DNA of 64,000 nucleotides from Arenicellales bacterium (GTDB lineage Bacteria > Pseudomonadota > Gammaproteobacteria > Arenicellales > JAJDZL01), in NCBI GenBank assembly GCA_965243645.1, contig CBDEVD010000005.1, forward strand, positions 23,258 through 87,257. The letters are read 5' to 3'. A program made the position numbers and the translations under genes. The first letter of the stretch is position 1; the number at the start of each line of letters is the position of its first letter. Shown here one piece after another: positions 31,135 through 41,948 of this stretch. A model generated the notes under the pieces. That model was not told the origin of the DNA and did not search any database. It was given only the letters and a program-made list of their open reading frames with translations.

Positions 31135-31542
31135 AATTGGATTGAATTGACCGTCTTGTCCATAACCGCCAAATTTAGAATTCTGCCTGAATTCGCGTGC
31201 GATACAAGTTGAACCTCTCTGTTTCCTTTTAATCCATCCATTTCTTCTTAGTCAAAGATTAATTTGTAGAAACTTGGTTATTTCCATTTCCTCAAACGAA
31301 GCAGCAGTGAGACCAAGTTCGCCGGTAGGCTTTGCAGAAACCATCCCAATATCCAAACTCAATTTGCTCGCGCGCGTACGTCAAGACCTTACAACCGTGA
31401 AGTCTTTACGGTGGGAACAATCTCTCGACAACCTCAGTGATTCAGTCTCACCCATGACAGCGAGACGAATCCGAATGCCTGACAACAGGCACCCTGTTAA
31501 TTGGATTAAATCAATGAGGTCGATTTAGTACTGAACGGCGAT

Positions 31543-31797
31543 TTACTGTGAGGGAAATCGAAACGACGGGTCTGGAACGATCGTTGAAATTGCGTGCTTG
31601 TACACAATTTGTGTGACGCCAGCTTTCAACTGAATGACGAACCGATCAAATGACTCTATCTGTCCCTGAAGTTTGATGCCATTGACCAGGTAAATCGATA
31701 CCTTGGTATTCTGCTTTCGCAACTCATTTAGGAAAGGTTCCTGCAGCAATGATCCCTTTTGTTGATTGCCTGTATATGTTTCCATCTCTAATATCAT
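31543..31797 (-). CDS. hfq: RNA chaperone Hfq
   Basis: [41 protein letters not shown]...[13 protein letters not shown]. The start may be the second ATG (31785). Confidence 0.95.
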   Translation of the reverse strand: MILEMETYTGNQQKGSLLQEPFLNELRKQNTKVSIYLVNGIKLQGQIESFDRFVIQLKAGVTQIVYKHAISTIVPDPSFRFPSQ

Positions 31798-31879
31798 CTA
31801 TGCATTAAATTTACGAATATTCAAATGATATTTTATTCTCAGGTGCCATCTTCACCAGAATTAACTACATTAACAAAAT

Positions 31880-32848
31880 TTATAAATTGATGTTGCTATC
31901 GTTTTGAAGTATTGAATTAAACAGTTGCGCCATTCTACTTGCAGATGAGTGGTCGCCGTAAACATTCCAAATTACTCCGGCTTGATTACGAATCCACGTC
32001 AGTTGTCGTTTTGCGATACTGCAGGTTTCCCGAATCGCTTCGGTTACCATTTGTTCATAATTAAGCTCACCTCGAAAATATTGCCATGCTTGCTGATAAC
32101 CAACGCTGCGCATGGATGGCAACGACGGGTCAAATTCTGTCGAGCAATATAATCGTTGCGCTTCTGCCATCAACCCCGCATCAAGCATTGCCAAAAATCG
32201 CTGCTTGATCACCTGATTCTGTAGATTTCGATCGGCTCTTGCAACTGCCAACTTAACAAGCTGATAAGGCAAAGGTTCAGCTGTATTGCTATGTTTTATT
32301 TCGCTTGCTGGTCGCCCCTGAGATACACACACCTCAAGTAATCTCAAAATTCGTTGTGAATCATTGGGGGAAACCTGTTGTGCCGCGACCGCATCCAGTT
32401 TCATTAGCTTCTGGTGTAAATGCGGCCACCCGTGCGCTTCGGCTTCTTCAAGCAGTGCTTGGCTAATCTCATCGCTACGCGGCGGTAAGTCTGAGAGGCC
32501 TTCTTCCAGCGCCCAAAAATAAAATGATGTGCCACCCACCAGTAATGGCACGCGGCCACACCCTAGGGATAGTTTGATTTCAACCAGCGCATCGTTACGA
32601 AACCGTCCCGCAGAATATCGCTCCCAAGGACTCAAGATGTCGATCAGTTTGTGGGGTACGCGCTGCAGCACAGCGCGCGATGGTTTAGCAGTGCCAATGT
32701 TCATTTCTCGATAAACCTGCCCCGCATCAACACTAATCACATCAACCGGGAAACGGGCAGCCAATTGCATCGCCAACTCGGTTTTCCCTGTTGCTGTTGG
32801 GCCCATCAGGAAAATGACAGGCGGCATGGACTGTAATCGCTCTCGCAT
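31880..32848 (-). CDS. miaA: tRNA dimethylallyltransferase
   Basis: P-loop GPTATGKT and DVISVDAGQVYREMNIGTAKP. Synteny between mutL and hfq. Confidence 0.9.
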   Translation of the reverse strand: MRERLQSMPPVIFLMGPTATGKTELAMQLAARFPVDVISVDAGQVYREMNIGTAKPSRAVLQRVPHKLIDILSPWERYSAGRFRNDALVEIKLSLGCGRVPLLVGGTSFYFWALEEGLSDLPPRSDEISQALLEEAEAHGWPHLHQKLMKLDAVAAQQVSPNDSQRILRLLEVCVSQGRPASEIKHSNTAEPLPYQLVKLAVARADRNLQNQVIKQRFLAMLDAGLMAEAQRLYCSTEFDPSLPSMRSVGYQQAWQYFRGELNYEQMVTEAIRETCSIAKRQLTWIRNQAGVIWNVYGDHSSASRMAQLFNSILQNDSNINL

Positions 32849-32866
32849 CAGCGATTCATCTCAACG

Positions 32867-34699
32867 CTACCGACCGCGATAAAACAAGCGATCCAGTTCT
32901 TTCATAGTGATTTGATTCCAAGTCGGCCGGCCGTGACTGCAGTACCCTGATAGGCCGGTCGCTTCCATTTGTCTGAGCAGGGCATCCATCTCCGGCAACG
33001 AAAGCTGCTGATTGGCATGAATGGCACTGTGGCAAGCCAGCGTTGCCAACAGTTCGTTTCTAACATGTTCCACTCGATTGGAACTGCCATGCTCGATCAG
33101 ATCTGCAATAACATCGCGTATCAGCTTTTCAATATCACATTCTTTGAGAATTCTGGGAACCGTGCGAACTGTCAGTACAGTGTCACTTGCCAGCGATATT
33201 TCAAACCCCAGCCCCGACAGCAATTCCTGATTTGCGACGGCTACTTCTATTTCTTCGGCAGATAATTTGAACACAAACGGCACCATCAATGTCTGCACCT
33301 GAAGCGCGGTCGAATCAAATTCGTTTTTCAGTCTTTCATAATTCAGCCGTTCATGCGCCGCGTGCATATCGACGATAATCAGTCCTTCCTTGTTTTCCGC
33401 CAGGACGTAAGCACCACCAAGCTGAGCCAGCGCAAATCCGAGCGGCGGGACAACCGATGGCTCCCTTGTTATGTCCTCCTTTTTATTAGCCGCTGGCAAT
33501 CTGGAAGATTCTCGAAACGTCGTTTCCGGCCAACCGCTATTTAGCGGCAATGGCATGGTGCCTTGCTGCGGACTTGGAAACGTGTTTGGCTCCTGCACGG
33601 CAACCGAATCAAGTGCCGATTTAGCCATCTTTCGAGTGCCGGGACGGTCACCGGACAGTGCGCCTCGAATCGTTCGAATGACGAACCAGTACATATCGCG
33701 CGGTTGTTTGAATCTTACCTCAGCCTTCGCCGGATGAACATTAACATCCGCAAGCGCTGGATCAAAGTCCAGGTACAAGGTAAATATTGGAAATCTTGAT
33801 GAATCGAACAGCACGTCAAGGTAGGCTTGCTTGACTCCATGTGCAAGACTTCGATCCCTGATTCCCCGTCCGTTGACGAATAAAAACTGCTGATCGGGCT
33901 GAGACCGGGTGTAATCGGGCGGCCCCACCCATCCGCTGGCACGTATTCCATCTTCTTCCCACTCTACTCGAATGGCGTTATCAGCGAAATGCGCATCGAA
34001 CGCGGTGCGTAAGCGAGACTTCAATGTACTGTCGGAAACTGCTGCAGGATAGTAGTCGACCTTGCGGGTGTTATGCTGCAACAGAAATTCGATTCCGGTG
34101 CGACTCAGGGCCATTTGTCGAACTAATTTCCGAATATGTGAAAACTCAGTCGATGCGGTTCGTAAGAACTTTCTGCGTGCTGGAACATTAAAAAAAAGAT
34201 CCTGTACCGCAATCTCGGTTCCGATGCGTTGCTGTGCCGGTTCTGGATCGCTGACTGAACCCCCGCCATCGCCGACAACGCACCAGCCGTGTGCATCATC
34301 AGCCGTGCGCGTGGTCACAGTCAGCCTTGAAACTGATGCGATACTAGGCAGTGCTTCGCCGCGAAAACCAAGCGATTGAATTTGTTCCAGGCCATCAAAT
34401 TCTACCAGTTTACTGGTAGCATGCCGCGACAGCGCCAGTCTGATTTCATCACGCCGAATTCCACAGCCATCATCACGAACCAGGATTCCCTGCAGTCCAC
34501 CAGCGCGAATTTCGATTTCGATTGACTTGGCCCCGGCATCGATACTGTTCTCAATTAACTCCTTGAGAACTGAAGCAGGTCTTTCGACCACTTCGCCGGC
34601 GGCGATTTTGTCAATGACATTATCCGCCAGCCTGCGAATGGCGGCAGGTGGTGAGTTGGCGTCACCCGATGGTTTTACTGGGTGCGTGCGGTTCTCCAT
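32867..34699 (-). CDS. mutL: DNA mismatch repair protein MutL
   Basis: GHKL ATPase N-terminus (IAAGEVVERPASVLKELIENSIDAGA..., DDGCGI, GFRGEAL) and C-terminal dimerisation domain. 610 aa. Confidence 0.95.
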   Translation of the reverse strand: MENRTHPVKPSGDANSPPAAIRRLADNVIDKIAAGEVVERPASVLKELIENSIDAGAKSIEIEIRAGGLQGILVRDDGCGIRRDEIRLALSRHATSKLVEFDGLEQIQSLGFRGEALPSIASVSRLTVTTRTADDAHGWCVVGDGGGSVSDPEPAQQRIGTEIAVQDLFFNVPARRKFLRTASTEFSHIRKLVRQMALSRTGIEFLLQHNTRKVDYYPAAVSDSTLKSRLRTAFDAHFADNAIRVEWEEDGIRASGWVGPPDYTRSQPDQQFLFVNGRGIRDRSLAHGVKQAYLDVLFDSSRFPIFTLYLDFDPALADVNVHPAKAEVRFKQPRDMYWFVIRTIRGALSGDRPGTRKMAKSALDSVAVQEPNTFPSPQQGTMPLPLNSGWPETTFRESSRLPAANKKEDITREPSVVPPLGFALAQLGGAYVLAENKEGLIIVDMHAAHERLNYERLKNEFDSTALQVQTLMVPFVFKLSAEEIEVAVANQELLSGLGFEISLASDTVLTVRTVPRILKECDIEKLIRDVIADLIEHGSSNRVEHVRNELLATLACHSAIHANQQLSLPEMDALLRQMEATGLSGYCSHGRPTWNQITMKELDRLFYRGR

Positions 34700-35835
34700 T
34701 TATCCTGACCCCAAGGGTACTTTTCGGCATACTGGACAATGCCATTTTTTATTTCTTTGACGATTTTTTTCTGATAGGATTTGGTTTTGAGCTTGCGCTC
34801 TTCCTTGGGATTTGAAATGAAACCGACTTCGACGAGAATTGAGGGAATGCTTGGCGCTTTTAGGACCACAAAACCCGCCCGTTCTACGTCATGTCCGTGT
34901 AAGCGGCCGACGTTCGATAAACGCATACGGACCAGTGACCCCAGCGAATCACTGCGTTCATCCTTACCATCGAACGATAATCCCGCCAGCACTTCTGCGA
35001 CATCTGGCTCCTTATGCGCGAGGTTTTCACCAGCAACCACATCGGCAGCGTTTTCCTTGTTGGCAAGCACTCTAGCCCGCTCGCTGGTCGCGCCTCTTTC
35101 CGAAAGCGTAAATACCGAGATTCCGTTTGCACTCCTGCGCGTGAATGCATCCGCGTGAATTGATACGAACAGATCCGCTTCCAAGTTGGTCGCAATTTGT
35201 GTGCGCTTTCTGAGCGGAACGTAGTAGTCCCCCTTGCGCGTCAATTCTGCCCGGATACCCGGTACCGCATCGAGTTCTTTCTTTAGCAATTTAGCGATTC
35301 GAAGCACCAAATCTTTCTCGAGTGTTCTTTTTGCGCCAACTGCACCAGGGTCTTCGCCGCCGTGACCGGCATCGATCACCACAACCAGTTTGTCATCAGC
35401 TGTTCGACGCTTAACCTCTTTTTTGGTTTTAGACGTTGGATAAACATCGACAACCAGTCGATCGCCATAAGTGTCATTGGGTTTCAGGGTGAAATGTTCA
35501 CTGCGCGTTTTGGATCGAAGATCCAATACAAAACGGGTGCCGTTGCCGCGTTTTGCAGTGCGCATGCGAAGCACGCGCTCACCGAGTTTGGATTGCGTCG
35601 GTACTTTACTGGTGAATTTCGCTTTGGCTACATCAATGACAACCCGGTCCGGGTTTTCCAGTGAAAAAATCTTGTACTGAATCGGCCCGCTTAAGTCGAA
35701 TACCACACGGGTGCGCTCGGGTGAGTTCCAAACCCGAATATCACTTACGCTCGCGGCAACTGCGTTGACCGCTGCCAGTGCCAGACTCACCGAGACCAGC
35801 CAACCAAACCAAACATGAAGATTTTGCTTGATCAT
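34675..35835 (-). CDS. amiB: N-acetylmuramoyl-L-alanine amidase (AMIN domain plus Amidase_3)
   Basis: Signal peptide, AMIN region (RVVFDLSGP...), and catalytic VVIDAGHGGEDPGA...SIHADA...E. Position upstream of mutL. Confidence 0.85.
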   Translation of the reverse strand: MIKQNLHVWFGWLVSVSLALAAVNAVAASVSDIRVWNSPERTRVVFDLSGPIQYKIFSLENPDRVVIDVAKAKFTSKVPTQSKLGERVLRMRTAKRGNGTRFVLDLRSKTRSEHFTLKPNDTYGDRLVVDVYPTSKTKKEVKRRTADDKLVVVIDAGHGGEDPGAVGAKRTLEKDLVLRIAKLLKKELDAVPGIRAELTRKGDYYVPLRKRTQIATNLEADLFVSIHADAFTRRSANGISVFTLSERGATSERARVLANKENAADVVAGENLAHKEPDVAEVLAGLSFDGKDERSDSLGSLVRMRLSNVGRLHGHDVERAGFVVLKAPSIPSILVEVGFISNPKEERKLKTKSYQKKIVKEIKNGIVQYAEKYPWGQDKWRTARTQ

Positions 35836-35924
35836 TGAACCAAATATTGAGTCAAATCTCTAATTCTAAAAAAGCGGATCAGACCATCAAATCCGCGGAG
35901 AGTTGAGTTTTCCGTCACTACCGT

Positions 35925-36578
35925 CTACTTTAGACTCTCGACAGGTACTGACTGTGATGCAACGCTTGCCTGACTTGGCAGATCTTGGTGAACCGTATGT
36001 GGTAACCACAGATCACCCAGATCAAATTCGATCGCTTCAAAAGGTGGCAGCGATACAGTCGCATCTTCATAGACCTCGTCAATCAGCAGCCATTCAGTAC
36101 CCACTCGTTGGTAGGCAGCCAACGAGCGTTCATCGGGGTCTACAAACCAGTGGTAGGCAACACCAGCGCGGGCATAAACCGCCAGCTTACCACCCAGGTC
36201 CAGTTTGCGTGTGGATGGTGACAGTACCTCGCAAACCCAGTCTGGAGCCAGCGTGAAGTACGCCACCTTGGGCATGACAGGCATGCGTGCACGTCGCCAA
36301 CCGGCGATATCAGGCACAACCACATCTTCACCGAAGTGAAGTTCCGGTTCAAAAAGGATCCACCAACCACCTGGGCCATCGCGGCCGTAGTGAAATGGGG
36401 CTACAATCGAGGCTGCTAGCCCAGGGTATACCAGCGCGTGCGGCGGTGCAGGCCTGGAGTGAGTGTATAACTTGCCATCAATAATTTGCGCAACCTTGTG
36501 TGGTGGCGCATCCATCACGTCTTGATACGTCGCCCGAGGTGAAGTACCCTCAGTATTGGTTGATTTGAGTTTACTCAT
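35925..36578 (-). CDS. Uma2-family (DUF820) putative endonuclease
   Basis: ...PDIAGWRRARMP...APDWVCEVLSPST...D...K...Y...GV..YWFVDPDERSL..Y, the PD-(D/E)xK pattern typical of Uma2. Confidence 0.75.
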   Translation of the reverse strand: MSKLKSTNTEGTSPRATYQDVMDAPPHKVAQIIDGKLYTHSRPAPPHALVYPGLAASIVAPFHYGRDGPGGWWILFEPELHFGEDVVVPDIAGWRRARMPVMPKVAYFTLAPDWVCEVLSPSTRKLDLGGKLAVYARAGVAYHWFVDPDERSLAAYQRVGTEWLLIDEVYEDATVSLPPFEAIEFDLGDLWLPHTVHQDLPSQASVASQSVPVESLK

Positions 36579-36905
36579 TGACCAACATTGGCTTGCAAGT
36601 AGATTGGTGTCATTTTATTGCATCAGTAAGTCGTGCTTCACTCGTAATTTCCGCCAAGCGACAGTATTTGTAAGTATCAGGTATAACAAAGTGAATCGAA
36701 ATTTCACGAACGAAGGGTTCCATGGTTAGCGCACTGGTGGAATTCAACTTCGCGCAACATAAAACCGAATCAACGATGACCCATAAATTCGAGAATTCCG
36801 ACAAACTGTAAGCAGTCCAAAACAGGTTATAGCAAGGGGAAAACCTACACAAAATTTCCTTACGACCCAATGGCACGTTCAATCAGACGCCAACCCCCTG
36901 TCAAT

Positions 36906-37361
36906 TCATCGACTCCTGATACTGACACTCCTTGCATTACCCTGATATTCCAATCGGATACAGACATCCGGCGGTGGAATCACATCGGCTCCGCGTTCCG
37001 GCCACTCGATTAACCATGTACAGTTCGAATCAATGAAATCCTCAATTCCAATGAATAATAATTCGGCCGGATTATCAATTCGGTACAAGTCCACATGCAG
37101 GAGTTCCAAACCGCTCCCTGCAATGTAGGGCTTTAAAATCGAAAATGTTGGGCTGAGCACTGAATCGCTGACCCCCAAGGTCTGGCAAATACCTTGTATC
37201 AGTGTCGTTTTCCCCGCACCCAATTCACCCTCAAAGTAAAGTACCCGGTTTGGTTTGACAAGTTCAGCGAGACGATCAGCAATGGCTTGCATCTCATCAA
37301 GAGAATGTGCGACCTGGGGCCAATTTGAAGACTCAACAGATGGATCGCGTGTCTGCATCAT
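36906..37361 (-). CDS. tsaE: tRNA t6A37 biosynthesis ATPase TsaE
   Basis: Walker A GELGAGKTT, ...SPTFSI..., HVDLYR. Confidence 0.9.
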   Translation of the reverse strand: MMQTRDPSVESSNWPQVAHSLDEMQAIADRLAELVKPNRVLYFEGELGAGKTTLIQGICQTLGVSDSVLSPTFSILKPYIAGSGLELLHVDLYRIDNPAELLFIGIEDFIDSNCTWLIEWPERGADVIPPPDVCIRLEYQGNARSVSIRSR

Positions 37362-38841
37362 TCATTGCCCTCGCCAGATTCGATCGAATGCCGCTCAACA
37401 GATCCGTCGCGATCATGCCGATTTCACCGCCTGCCTGCGCACTGTCTTCCCCCGCACAAGCGTGTAACCAAACACCCAGGCAGGCAGCTTCCTCAGCGGT
37501 CAATCCCTGTGCCCAGAGTGCACAAATCACCCCGGTCAGTACATCACCCATACCGCCGGTAGCCATGCCAGGATTACCGCGATCGCAAAGCCAGGTTCGC
37601 TTGCCCCCGGCCACAATCGTACCCGAGCCCTTGAGCACACAAATACCACCATATCGTTCCACGATCGCAGCGGCCGCACGCATTCGATCTTCCTGGACTT
37701 CCAGGGTCGAACAGTTCAATAAACGACCCGCTTCGCCCGGATGCGGTGTCAAAATCCAGTCGTCAGAGCGCTGGGGATGGCGGGCGAGCAGGTTAAGGGC
37801 ATCGGCATCGACGACCAAACGAAGCTGTGCTTTTAGCACTGTCTCCCACATCTCATTGGCCCGAGCATCCTGACCCAATCCGGGACCCACACCGGCAACA
37901 TCGCAGGTTTCTAATAATTCCAAAAGCGCAGCCGCATTATTAACCGGAAATCCCCGGATCTGCGGCGCACTCGCGGTAATCATCTCAGCCGAACCCGAAA
38001 TCGTTGCCAGCGAAACCAGCCCGGCACCGGCACGACAAGCCGCCTGTCCCGCCATCAACGCGGCACCTTGCATGGTATTGTTGCCACCAATGATCAAGAC
38101 GCGGCCGGCACTGCCTTTGTGCGCCGACGCGTTACGCTTTAGCTTTTGAGCCGCTACGGTTCTGGTGTCAATTAAAGTTGCAATCTCGGCAACTTGATCG
38201 TAAGCGGTAGCTGGAATTTGCAGTGTGTCAAGTTCCAAAATGCCACGATAATCTTTGCCCTCAGCCGTTACAAGTCCCAATTTCGTTGAAATGAATGTAA
38301 TTGTGACATCGGCTTGCAGTGCGACACCTCGAACTTTGCCCGTATCACCGTCCAGTCCCGATGGAATGTCGAGTGCAAGAACGGGTGTGCTGCTGGCATT
38401 GGCATTCTGAATCACCCGTCGCAACTCGCCTTCGATATCGCGTCCAAGGCCGCTGCCAAATAAACCATCAACCACCACATCGTAAGATTCAAAGGGTATG
38501 GCTTCGCGAATGGGTTCGACGATGCCACCTGACTCACGAAACTCGTTATAGGCTCTTTCGGCATCCGGGGTAGTTGGTTCACCCATCCAATAGACCTGAG
38601 TGCAGATTCCGGCTTTGATTGCACACGCTGCCACGATATAGCCATCGCCACCATTGTTTCCACGGCCACATAAAACCGCGAGCTTGCGGTACTCCGGCCA
38701 GTGTTTTTGCAAGCGATTAAATGCCGCGCAGCCAGCCCTCGACATCAATTCGAAACCTGCTATGCCATATTTTTCTATGACCAGAAGATCAAGATCTCGA
38801 GATTGTTGACAGCTATGAACTGAATGAGAAGACACTGACAA
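37333..38841 (-). CDS. nnr: Bifunctional NAD(P)H-hydrate repair enzyme (epimerase/dehydratase)
   Basis: YjeF_N (GRGNNGGDGY) and the carbohydrate-kinase-like C-domain (...GMATGGMGDVLTG...). 502 aa. Overlaps the tsaE start. Confidence 0.9.
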   Translation of the reverse strand: MSVSSHSVHSCQQSRDLDLLVIEKYGIAGFELMSRAGCAAFNRLQKHWPEYRKLAVLCGRGNNGGDGYIVAACAIKAGICTQVYWMGEPTTPDAERAYNEFRESGGIVEPIREAIPFESYDVVVDGLFGSGLGRDIEGELRRVIQNANASSTPVLALDIPSGLDGDTGKVRGVALQADVTITFISTKLGLVTAEGKDYRGILELDTLQIPATAYDQVAEIATLIDTRTVAAQKLKRNASAHKGSAGRVLIIGGNNTMQGAALMAGQAACRAGAGLVSLATISGSAEMITASAPQIRGFPVNNAAALLELLETCDVAGVGPGLGQDARANEMWETVLKAQLRLVVDADALNLLARHPQRSDDWILTPHPGEAGRLLNCSTLEVQEDRMRAAAAIVERYGGICVLKGSGTIVAGGKRTWLCDRGNPGMATGGMGDVLTGVICALWAQGLTAEEAACLGVWLHACAGEDSAQAGGEIGMIATDLLSGIRSNLARAMNDADTRSIC

Positions 38842-39059
38842 AAACGGATACGAATACGTTTTTGAATTCGTGGAGTACGAATTCGAATGAGTACTGAATT
38901 ATACAACTCAAGCCTTTGAACTGCTGTCCAGACAGCATTTGCAAACTCGTTTTTAGTTCCTTTATCTTTCTGTAATGATTGGGTTATTAATCGATACCAA
39001 AGGGATCTTTTGGGGTTCATCAGGTTGGTGAACGCAGGTAAGAATGAACGCTCACAAGC

Positions 39060-40031
39060 TTACAGATCCAATGTCAGTGCAGGGGTTTTCGACCGCGCGC
39101 AGCAGATCAGGACATATTCTTCGTGATCTTCTTCGTCCAGTATTTGATCCCGATGTTCGGGCTCACCATCAAGATAGCGCGTCAGGCAAGTGCCACAAAA
39201 ACCTTCTTCACAGGACGTATCAACAGCTATGCCGTTTTCCCTGAGCACTTCGACAATCGATTTGTCTGAGGGTACGGTAAATTCCGCGCCGCTGCGAGCG
39301 ACACGAACCAGAAATTCACCCGACCCGGTGTTCAAGTCATCAGTGCTAATTTCCAGCGAATCGGCACTGAAGTGTTCGCAATGCACAGTCCCCTCGGGCC
39401 AGTGTGCAGAACCGGCTTTGGCCGCTGCCATCAGTCCAGGGGGACCACAATAATATAAATGCGTTCCCGTACTCACCGAGCTCAGTACCGTCTCTAACTT
39501 GATTCCGTTTCGGGGAATGCCGCCATCGAAATGAAAAATCAACCGATCTTGCTGAACCAAATCGTTCAGTTCTTGTCGGAATGCGGCATCTTCCGGTGTG
39601 CGGGTACAGTAATGGGCCACGAAACTTGCCTGTTCTCGCTTCAATGTCTGCACCATCGACAATATTGGTGTGATACCAATCCCACCGGCAATCAACAAGT
39701 GATGCTCAGCATCGGCGGCCAGCTTGAATAGATTTTTTGGTTCAGAAACCGTCAACAGGTCGCCGACTTGAACCTGGTCGAACATGTAGGCTGAACCTCC
39801 GGAACCCGGCGACTCCCGTAACACAGCAATCCGGTAGTGGGATTGATCAGCATCTGAATTACATAAAGAATACTGACGAATTAATCCGTTTCCCAGATAA
39901 ACATCGATGTGTGCGCCAGCACTGAATGGCGGCAAGGGATTGCCACCCGGGTCTGATAAAGTGAAGCTCCTGATCCATTCGGTTTCATAGCCGACAGACT
40001 GAACCTGAACAGGAAATGTCCTAAGTGGCAT
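39060..40031 (-). CDS. PDR/VanB-type oxidoreductase (FMN/NAD-binding plus plant-type [2Fe-2S])
   Basis: RQYSL flavin motif, GGIGITP NAD motif, and the C-terminal CEEGFCGTC...C cluster. Confidence 0.85.
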   Translation of the reverse strand: MPLRTFPVQVQSVGYETEWIRSFTLSDPGGNPLPPFSAGAHIDVYLGNGLIRQYSLCNSDADQSHYRIAVLRESPGSGGSAYMFDQVQVGDLLTVSEPKNLFKLAADAEHHLLIAGGIGITPILSMVQTLKREQASFVAHYCTRTPEDAAFRQELNDLVQQDRLIFHFDGGIPRNGIKLETVLSSVSTGTHLYYCGPPGLMAAAKAGSAHWPEGTVHCEHFSADSLEISTDDLNTGSGEFLVRVARSGAEFTVPSDKSIVEVLRENGIAVDTSCEEGFCGTCLTRYLDGEPEHRDQILDEEDHEEYVLICCARSKTPALTLDL

Positions 40032-40178
40032 CGTGCACCATCAAGACCGAATACCAACTATGCGACGCTGAGCTACAGAATTTGCACCGCGGCCAACACC
40101 GACCGAACCCAGTCTTCTCACTCACGCCACAGTGCATCATTAGATTGACCGTAAAACCATCCCAATGGATGTGAAGCA

Positions 40179-41333
40179 TCAGTCAAGCCGATCAATCAGG
40201 TTATCCATAAAGGCTTCGCATTTATGCACCTGTTCAACCGCGATGAACTCGTTCGGTTTGTGTGCCTGATCGATATAACCCGGACCACAAACAACCGATG
40301 GGATGCCGATGCCTTCAAACAGACCGCCCTCTGTACCAAAACTCACACAGGCTGTGCCCGCAGAATCAGAAAGATCCTGGGCCAATTTGATCAAGTCTGC
40401 ATCGCTTGTCGCAAGTTCCGGGATCGTTGATAACTCTTGCCACTCAATGCGTGCTTCGGAAAAAACCGCGTGCATTTCGGGTAGTATTTCTGTATTGATA
40501 TAGTGCTGCAACCGATCCCATACCAATTGTGGGTCATCGCCCGGCAAGTGGCGAATTTCAGCTTCAAATTCACAATACTTGGGCACAATGTTGAGTGCCG
40601 TTCCGCCGCGCACCACGCCGGTGTGAACAGTCGTATAGGACGGACTGAATTCTTCGTCAAACGGGCCCTGGTTGCGAAACTTGCGGGCTTCGGCTTTCAG
40701 GAAAGCGATGATCTCTGCAGCAGCTTCAACCGCATTAACGCCAATATGCGCCAGGCCTGAATGGGATTCAAGGCCGTGAATCGAACAGCGCTTGGATATT
40801 TTTCCTTTGTGTGCTCGAACCACCCGCATTCCAGTTGGCTCACCAATGACACAGGCCCGTGGCTTGTTTTGTCGATTGACAAGCTCGCGAAGCAGAGTGC
40901 GCACACCGACGCAACCGATTTCCTCGTCATAAGAAAATGCCAAATGCACTGGAGTTTCTAGATTTCTGTCGATAATCTCAGGCACTTTCGCGAGGCAAAC
41001 GGCGATAAAACTCTTCATGTCTGAAGTGCCGCGCCCGTACAAAAGGCCGTCATTTTCACTGACCACATAAGGATCGGTTGACCAGTTCTGTCCGTCAACC
41101 GGGACAACGTCTGTGTGCCCGGACAGTGCGATTCCACCTTTGTCATCAGCGCCAATGGTCGCAAAAAGATTGGCTTTCTTACCCGTCGCGTCGTAAACCA
41201 ATTCCGAGCGCAGGCCAAATTCTTCCAGGTAACCCTGGATGAATTCAATAATCTGGAGATTTGAATTTCTGCTGGTTGTATCGAATCCTACCAGATCTTC
41301 AATCAGTTGAATGGTGGTCTTGTTCGGTTTCAT
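40179..41333 (-). CDS. argE: Acetylornithine deacetylase-type M20 peptidase
   Basis: LSGHTDVVPV..., GRGTSDMK, EEIGCVG, and the pattern and length (384 aa) of ArgE. The exact substrate is not provable by eye. Confidence 0.7.
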   Translation of the reverse strand: MKPNKTTIQLIEDLVGFDTTSRNSNLQIIEFIQGYLEEFGLRSELVYDATGKKANLFATIGADDKGGIALSGHTDVVPVDGQNWSTDPYVVSENDGLLYGRGTSDMKSFIAVCLAKVPEIIDRNLETPVHLAFSYDEEIGCVGVRTLLRELVNRQNKPRACVIGEPTGMRVVRAHKGKISKRCSIHGLESHSGLAHIGVNAVEAAAEIIAFLKAEARKFRNQGPFDEEFSPSYTTVHTGVVRGGTALNIVPKYCEFEAEIRHLPGDDPQLVWDRLQHYINTEILPEMHAVFSEARIEWQELSTIPELATSDADLIKLAQDLSDSAGTACVSFGTEGGLFEGIGIPSVVCGPGYIDQAHKPNEFIAVEQVHKCEAFMDNLIDRLD

Positions 41334-41948
41334 GGTTTAACCATTTTCAAAGTTGTTGTAGCAAAGAGGCTATTTTAATGGCGGGACAAGAAAAAGAAGT
41401 AAACCATGCTGTCAACGGCACATTCAACACCGAAAACATAACCATTGATCACTGGCAATGGATTTTGAAATTTAGGCTCAATAGATACTGGGAATTCGCA
41501 AAATACAGCACTGTCTGCACCATAATTTCTCGCGCACCATGACTTTAGTACATGCTCCGATATAGTATAGTAGGATCGAATATTTCAAAAGGTATTGACA
41601 ATCGATTCGAGTGCAAGGATCTCAATCATTTTTTAACAGCCCGGTGATCACTAAATTATTTGAGAACGTTGATATTACACAGGAAAGCAACGAACCAAGA
41701 GTTGAATAAATGGCGTAGGGATTCGATGAATTGTCCAACGACGTTATGCGAAGACTTGACGGTTGAGATCAATCGATGACCAAGGGTGACTTTCTCATAG
41801 ACAACGCAGTAACCATGGCAAGAACAATCCAGCAGTACATGACCGATGCCGATTTGTCTGCTGTTCAAGTCGATTAAGCATCAATTCGAACTGATTAAGT
41901 TCCAATCACGCTCGTTGGAATCTCGCTGCTAACTCAAAATCGATCGCT

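Noticed and set aside
30137-31542. tRNA, integrase or att-like repeats marking the border of the hfq-hflX insert (and likewise at 51318 and 59858)
   Set aside because: I looked for cloverleaf-like T-loop motifs, recombinase motifs and matching direct repeats by eye and found none. A computational search is still needed.
36610-36882. 90-aa minus-strand ORF between the Uma2 gene and tsaE
   Set aside because: Cys/Phe-rich, implausible sequence without a start context. The region is reported only as unexplained DNA.
41261-41868. ORFs 41261-41542 (+) and 41656-41868 (-) in the argE/perM intergenic region
   Set aside because: No RBS, no recognisable motifs and atypical composition. They are left as intergenic or promoter DNA.
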